A DNA stretch of 64,000 nucleotides, taken from Calditrichales bacterium (GTDB taxonomy: Bacteria > Calditrichota > Calditrichia > Calditrichales > J004). Below the pieces are notes generated by a model. That model worked only from the letters and a program-made list of their open reading frames with translations, was not told where the DNA came from and did not search any database. The position numbers and the translations under genes were made by a program. This document shows positions 59,063-64,000 of the stretch, piece after piece. The stretch lies in contig OZ254086.1 of NCBI GenBank assembly GCA_965267575.1, positions 3,552,001 through 3,616,000 on the forward strand, in the 5' to 3' direction. The first letter of the stretch is position 1, and each line of letters opens with the position of its first letter.

Positions 59063-60148
59063 TTATTTTGTAGGGATCGTATCCGGCAGATGATCGAAAC
59101 GGTTGAGCATGGAAATGAGCAGAGCCTGCCTGATAAAGACAGCACCATGCGCCTGCGTGAAGTAAAGATTATGACTGGTCTCGTCAAGGTCTGTACTCAG
59201 TTCATCCAGACGCGCCAGCGGGTGCAGAATAACCGCTTCTTTTTTCAGATTACTGCTTTTGCTCAGTTTGTAGCGTGAATCCAGGTTTTGATAGCTGTCG
59301 CCAAGCAGGGTGATGGAGTTCATGTAAATTACATCCAGATCGCCGATAACTTTGTTAAGGTCATTGGTGATCGAAAATTCTACACCGGACTTTTCCAGCT
59401 CTTCGCGTACGTCTTCGCCGAGTGGATCGGCCATCTCCGATACGATGGTGATATTATTGATATTCTCTTTGAACAGCAGCGACATATACAGGAAGCTTTT
59501 TACTGCGCGCATGCGTCCGGGCGTTCCCAGAATGCCCATGTTGATTTTTTCGGAAGGCTTGACGGTGCTTTTCAGCTCGGGACGCCATTTAAGCAGCGCA
59601 TACCAGTCTGATAAGGCTTGCGTCGGGTGCTCACCTGTACCGTTGCCCGCGTTGATCAGCGGAAGGCGCAAACGCTCCATCAGTTCACCGGGTGCTTCGG
59701 TGCGCGTGTTGCGCATAATAACCAGGTCGCCGTAAGCGTTGAACATTTCGCCGATATCCTGTATCGATTCGCCTTTGGCGCGTCCCGTCATTTTGCCCTC
59801 GGCGATGCTGATGATCTTGCCGTCCAATCGCAGTACGGCGCTTTCGAACGATGTGCGTGTGCGGGTGCTGGCCTCGAAAAAGGCCGTAATGACAATCTTG
59901 CCGTCCAACGGGTGGCTGGAGGCAACTTCTGTGGCTTCCAGCAGGCTGGCAAACTTACACAGTTCAGAAACAAGCTTTTTATCAAATTGTTTGCTGGAAA
60001 TAACAGATTGACCCACAAGGTATTTCAGAATGTTCAGGTCCAGCCGGTCGTCACTCAGCAGCTCTTCCGGGTTGGGATAGAGCCCGCCGGATTTTAGCGG
60101 ATCCTGTATTTCAAGGGTGTCGGCGCTTTGTTTGTTTATTTTATCCAT
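59063..60148 (-). CDS. Divergent aspartate/ornithine carbamoyltransferase family protein
   Basis: FFEASTRTR.SF, KGES, NAG.G..EHPTQ and HPLAR motifs; lacks the ATCase RxQxER motif. Confidence 0.88.
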   Translation of the reverse strand: MDKINKQSADTLEIQDPLKSGGLYPNPEELLSDDRLDLNILKYLVGQSVISSKQFDKKLVSELCKFASLLEATEVASSHPLDGKIVITAFFEASTRTRTSFESAVLRLDGKIISIAEGKMTGRAKGESIQDIGEMFNAYGDLVIMRNTRTEAPGELMERLRLPLINAGNGTGEHPTQALSDWYALLKWRPELKSTVKPSEKINMGILGTPGRMRAVKSFLYMSLLFKENINNITIVSEMADPLGEDVREELEKSGVEFSITNDLNKVIGDLDVIYMNSITLLGDSYQNLDSRYKLSKSSNLKKEAVILHPLARLDELSTDLDETSHNLYFTQAHGAVFIRQALLISMLNRFDHLPDTIPTK

Positions 60149-60270
60149 TACCAAACCTCATCTCTTTTAATGTCACGGACTAAAAATGTTAATAGTGTAA
60201 TAACAGCGATCGTTGTCAGTATTAAAGCTCCAATCACGATGCCCGATAAAAATCCTTCTGTAAATAGCAT
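60148..60270 (-). CDS. 40-aa single-TM membrane protein (not in ORF track)
   Basis: MLFTEGFLSGIVIGALILTTIAVITLLTFLVRDIKRDEVW*. It starts 1 bp after the symporter stop, and its TAA overlaps the next ATG (TAATG). Confidence 0.8.
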   Translation of the reverse strand: MLFTEGFLSGIVIGALILTTIAVITLLTFLVRDIKRDEVW

Positions 60271-60271
60271 G

Positions 60272-61717
60272 TCATGATCCTTTCGCTACGGGGATGTCTT
60301 CTTCATTCAATCGTGACCAACTGAATGTCTCTTTTGAAAAAACCGTAAATGAGATGGTTATCACCATCGATACAGCAGTGCCGATAAGTGAAGAGGTGTA
60401 CCAGCCGATTTGAAAGTAGGCGATCAGACCACAGATTGTGCCGCCAACCATCCCTACGATTGCCGCCTTTGCGTTTACTTTTTTCCAGAAAAGACCGGTT
60501 ACGATTGGCCAGATCGCGCTGCCCACCATGGGGCCGGCGAAAAAGAGAATGGTTGCCAGTGTTCCGATGCGCGGAAGGCAAACCAGCCAGGTAAAAAAGC
60601 CCAGGCCGATAACGATAACCGCGGACATTTTGCGCAGCTGCTGGTCTGTAGATTTGGGGCGCAAAAGCTTGCGGTAAATATCTTCGGTGATCAGATCGGA
60701 GGTTGCGGCCAGCAGGCTGTCGATGCTGGAAGCCAGCGACGCAAACAGGATAATAAAGACAACGATGGAACCAATCTTGCCCAGCAGATGAGAGGCCACG
60801 AGCGGACCTACCATATCTGGGCTGGTAATGTTAAGCCCAAGGGCGCCGGTGGAAAGGGCAAAGAAGCCTGCCGCAACCGGTACGGGCAGCCAGAAAATGC
60901 CGGACAGCAGATAGGCCTTAAAACCTATCCCTTTGCGCATGGCAAAAGCACGGCTCCACCACACGTTACTGTGAAATATCTCTCCTATGCCAAACAGAAG
61001 GTTGTTAAAGAACGCCATAATAGCCGCGGGCATCAGCACGGTTATCAGCATGGGGCTTTGTGTTTCCAGGTTGTCGTGCACAACGTGAAAGTCGGTGTAG
61101 CTTAGGATCCCGGCGCCGACGGCGGTTATGCCCACAAGTATGATCAGGCTCTGGATATAGTCCGTTCCGATTACCGCAAACAAACCACCGAACAGCGTAT
61201 ACACAACGCAGACAAAAAGTATAATCGACATGCCGTATTTATAGGGTATGCCGGAAATAGCATTCATCAGAATGCCGCCGGCCATGCCCATACTCACCAG
61301 CCAGGTGATACTGTAAAAAATGGAAATTGCCAGAAATACGATCCACGCCGCTTTACCATAACGCAGGCGGATAAAATCACCGCTGGTATAGCCGTTTGGC
61401 ATCAGGTGACGGATGCGTTTGGCCAGGGGTGCAAATAAAAACAACCCGAATGACGCGGTGGAATAGGCCAGCATGCCCCATATACCTAATTGCAGGGCGA
61501 ATTGCGGCGCCAGCATGGTCGTATTGGAGGTGATCCAGGTGGCCATTGCCGTTGCCGTTCCGAAAGCCAGGCCCACGTTACGGCCGGCCAGCATGTAACC
61601 TTCCATGCCTTTGGCCTTTTTACCCCAGTAAACACCAAGAGCAATCCAGATGACGCCAAGAATGGCCAGCAAAATCCAGCCAATAGTAGGGTCCAGTACA
61701 GCTGATCTGTAATCCAA
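60272..61717 (-). CDS. Sodium:solute symporter family protein (DUR3/PutP-like)
   Basis: YMLAGRNVG, ATWI, RLRYG, YTLFGGL.AV..TDYIQ and SSIDSLL motifs; about 13 TM helices; TTG start. Confidence 0.92.
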   Translation of the reverse strand: MDYRSAVLDPTIGWILLAILGVIWIALGVYWGKKAKGMEGYMLAGRNVGLAFGTATAMATWITSNTTMLAPQFALQLGIWGMLAYSTASFGLFLFAPLAKRIRHLMPNGYTSGDFIRLRYGKAAWIVFLAISIFYSITWLVSMGMAGGILMNAISGIPYKYGMSIILFVCVVYTLFGGLFAVIGTDYIQSLIILVGITAVGAGILSYTDFHVVHDNLETQSPMLITVLMPAAIMAFFNNLLFGIGEIFHSNVWWSRAFAMRKGIGFKAYLLSGIFWLPVPVAAGFFALSTGALGLNITSPDMVGPLVASHLLGKIGSIVVFIILFASLASSIDSLLAATSDLITEDIYRKLLRPKSTDQQLRKMSAVIVIGLGFFTWLVCLPRIGTLATILFFAGPMVGSAIWPIVTGLFWKKVNAKAAIVGMVGGTICGLIAYFQIGWYTSSLIGTAVSMVITISFTVFSKETFSWSRLNEEDIPVAKGS

Positions 61718-61738
61718 AAATAATTCTCCGCTTTAAGG

Positions 61739-62224
61739 TTAAATGTCTTCTGTTTTAGCTCTGTGCTGTCCCACCAGCACTACTGCCACGGTAGCCAGAA
61801 AGACGATGCTACCAAGCGCAAAAAGCAGATAAGCCAGCTCCCTGGAATGGTGTTCCACACCAACAAGGATTGGCTCAGACCAGGGGCCTGTGCGATCGTT
61901 CTGTACTTCACGCACGCGAAAATAAAAATCACCGTCGGGCAGTCCGGAAATATAGCTTGCCCGGTCCGGCCCTTTGTAGCGCGTTGAAGCGTCGCTGAAA
62001 TCGGGCGATTGCGCCTGCTGCAGCTCGAAAGTGGGATGCTCTTCGGGCGCATCTTCCGGTATGTGCCAGCTAAGACGGATGTAACCGGCGTGGATAATGT
62101 TTTCACTATCCTGGTCAAATTCCGGCCGGGACATGGTGGTATCCGGCTGCGCGATGCTTTGCGAAACGAAAATGAAAAAAAACAGCAACACAAAGGCAGC
62201 ACAAAAGTGAATCTTATGGGTCAT
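61739..62224 (-). CDS. Secreted FN3-like domain protein with C-terminal TM anchor
   Basis: Signal peptide, LSW...FELQ...Y.G...ISGL.DG.FYFRVR...GPWS, hydrophobic tail. Confidence 0.75.
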   Translation of the reverse strand: MTHKIHFCAAFVLLFFFIFVSQSIAQPDTTMSRPEFDQDSENIIHAGYIRLSWHIPEDAPEEHPTFELQQAQSPDFSDASTRYKGPDRASYISGLPDGDFYFRVREVQNDRTGPWSEPILVGVEHHSRELAYLLFALGSIVFLATVAVVLVGQHRAKTEDI

Positions 62225-62237
62225 ACTTTATCCTGTG

Positions 62238-63203
62238 TTAGGCTTTGGCAAGATAGCTTTCCAGCTTTTCGCGGACCTCTTCGATATCAATATCCTGGTT
62301 TCTGTTATTTTTAAACGCCCGCAGAAAAGCCTCTTCTTTTTCAATGAAATGCAGACGGTTGGAACGCAAAGCTTCAACCAGTTTATCTTCGTTTTCAACG
62401 GGATTGTTGGTCAATCCGCGAAGAGACTTATCCTGGTTCAGCTCAAAATATTCGCTATGAAGATCCAGGTTTGTCTCAAACCGAATGGGCATGGAAATGG
62501 TACCGTCATCGATCGTTTCAATCTGGTGGAACCAATAAGGGGGGATATAAAGCATTTCACCGCCTTCAAGGGTGCCCGTTATACAGGTGTGGAAAGATTG
62601 AAGCTTCTTTTCCTCGCCAATTTTAAGCGCACTGTCCAGCCAATAGCGCGCTGCTTTTTTCCAGTTCCTCTGCAGAAAGCCTGATTCCAATGGATGTATA
62701 ATGACAAACTTTTTACGTCCCGAGATCTGGGCGAGAAAGCTGTGCCACCAGTCGTAATGAAAAGGAGTTAAGTTAGGTCTTTGGCCGATCCAGATGCCCG
62801 TGGCATCCGGGTTATAGTCCGGCAATAAAGGAGGGATAAAAAAATCAGACGACATGTCTTTAAACAGCTTCGTGGCCGCGTCGATGCGCAGATAATACAT
62901 GTTGTCATCTTCATCTTTACCGTAAGCGTGCTTCAGGAATTCAGCAAAGGACATGCTTTTGCGGCGATTAACCTGCTGCAGAAACGAAGCGTTTTGCTTT
63001 TTGGATGAATACATGCAGCTGATGCGTTGTGAACCGAAGCGCTCGGTCAGGTTTTCCAATGTCCAGTTTTTAAAGGCTTTCCACGATGAGACGACGTCCG
63101 TTATAATAAAAGGGAATAGCCCCAGCGGCAGCCGGAGTCCGTTCCAGTTTAAAGCAGAATTCTTTAGATTTTTCTGTTGAATCCGCAGGATGGGATAACT
63201 CAT
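62238..63203 (-). CDS. JmjC/cupin-8 family Fe(II)/2-oxoglutarate oxygenase
   Basis: WIG, TPFHYD (HxD), QISGRKKF and GEMLYIPPYWFHQI motifs. Confidence 0.9.
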   Translation of the reverse strand: MSYPILRIQQKNLKNSALNWNGLRLPLGLFPFIITDVVSSWKAFKNWTLENLTERFGSQRISCMYSSKKQNASFLQQVNRRKSMSFAEFLKHAYGKDEDDNMYYLRIDAATKLFKDMSSDFFIPPLLPDYNPDATGIWIGQRPNLTPFHYDWWHSFLAQISGRKKFVIIHPLESGFLQRNWKKAARYWLDSALKIGEEKKLQSFHTCITGTLEGGEMLYIPPYWFHQIETIDDGTISMPIRFETNLDLHSEYFELNQDKSLRGLTNNPVENEDKLVEALRSNRLHFIEKEEAFLRAFKNNRNQDIDIEEVREKLESYLAKA

Positions 63204-63438
63204 TGTTTTTATGAATTTTTGTGCTTATTTCACGGTCGAGCCTGTAATGTAGTCAAATGAAAATGACTGGCAAAACAAAGCAGGCCGTTCCGGCGCTTTA
63301 AAACAATATCTGTTAATTAATTAACGATACAATCAGTGAGCATGGAATTATTAAGTATTGCAACGGGCTTATCCTTTGATACTTAAATAATTTAAATTAC
63401 GCATGATATGTACATTTATGATTTGAAAGTTAAAACTT

Positions 63439-64000
63439 ATGAATGACACGCTTTACATAAAAAACATGGTTTGCGAACGCTGCATCCGGGTTGTGAGGGA
63501 AGAACTGGAAAAGCTCGGCCTCAGGCTGCGCCGTGTTGATCTTGGCGAAGTTGAGGTTGAAGATATGAATGACGTTTCGCGTGAAGATGTTCAGACTATT
63601 CTGGCTGAAAACGGTTTTGAATTGATTGAAGATCGCCGCGCCGAAACCATAGAACATATCAAAATTGCGATCCGTGAACGGGTGCATTCCGTTGAACCCG
63701 TCCCGGAGAATTTCAGGCTCTCGCAATTTATAGCGCAAAAGCTGGATCGCGATTACAGCACGATGAGCCGCCTGTTTTCTTCCGTGGAAAATATGACCAT
63801 TGAGCATTTCTTTATCCTGCAAAAGATCGAGCGGGCAAAAGAGTGGCTCAAGTATGGCGATATGACCCTGAGCGAAATCGCCTGGCAGCTCGGTTACAGC
63901 AGCGTACAGCACCTCTCTGCGCAGTTCAAAACCGTAACCGGTATGACGGCAAGCCGTTTTAAGGAGCTGCGCCAAAACCTGCGCAAGCCGATTGATAAAC
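63439..64000 (+). CDS. AraC-family regulator with N-terminal HMA-like CxxC (3' end outside window)
   Basis: Translated by hand: MNDTLYIKNMVCERCIRVV...QKIERAKEWL...TLSEIAWQLGYSSVQHLSAQFKTVTG. Absent from the ORF track because no stop lies in the window. Confidence 0.92.
   Translation, partial: MNDTLYIKNMVCERCIRVVREELEKLGLRLRRVDLGEVEVEDMNDVSREDVQTILAENGFELIEDRRAETIEHIKIAIRERVHSVEPVPENFRLSQFIAQKLDRDYSTMSRLFSSVENMTIEHFFILQKIERAKEWLKYGDMTLSEIAWQLGYSSVQHLSAQFKTVTGMTASRFKELRQNLRKPIDK

Noticed and set aside
59063..60148. Calling this gene pyrB
   Set aside because: The aspartate-binding RxQxER motif is missing and there is no pyrC/pyrI/pyrR context, so the symbol is withheld.
63430..63975. 181-aa minus-strand ORF
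   Set aside because: Shadow of the plus-strand AraC regulator that runs off the window.

Overview
A bacterial chromosomal segment of mid GC content with no rRNA, tRNA, CRISPR array or intact transposase seen. Secreted proteins ending in an NYPNPFNP-type C-terminal domain suggest an FCB-group or Calditrichota/KSB1-like host (inference). Contents in order: a PAS hybrid histidine kinase, a secreted beta-propeller, a CpcT/CpeT-like protein, a corrinoid methyltransferase cluster (MtaC/MtaB/MetH-activation domain/UroD-like), a complete nuoA-N operon with fused nuoCD, a TPR-beta-barrel plus GT2 synthase pair, several hydrolases, an AT-rich islet (ApeA-like HEPN gene, small ORFs, a decayed SnoaL-like gene, BrnTA with a damaged toxin), a protease-RimK-deacylase operon, arsR-arsC-acr3, an ATP-grasp/DmpA-peptidase fusion coupled to an HDAC-family deacylase, metY-aspartate kinase-metX, several secreted proteins, a six-gene JmjC/FN3-like/symporter/small membrane protein/divergent transcarbamylase/AsnB operon, and a partial AraC regulator. 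Best candidates for undescribed biology: (1) a Cys/Met-rich leader-peptide attenuator in tandem with a SAM-I riboswitch upstream of metY; (2) the divergent transcarbamylase plus AsnB operon, possibly making an N-carbamoyl-amino acid amide osmolyte; (3) the ATP-grasp/DmpA fusion with its deacylase; (4) a recurring composite octamer-repeat element directly after stop codons. Family assignments come from motif recognition by eye, not database searches.
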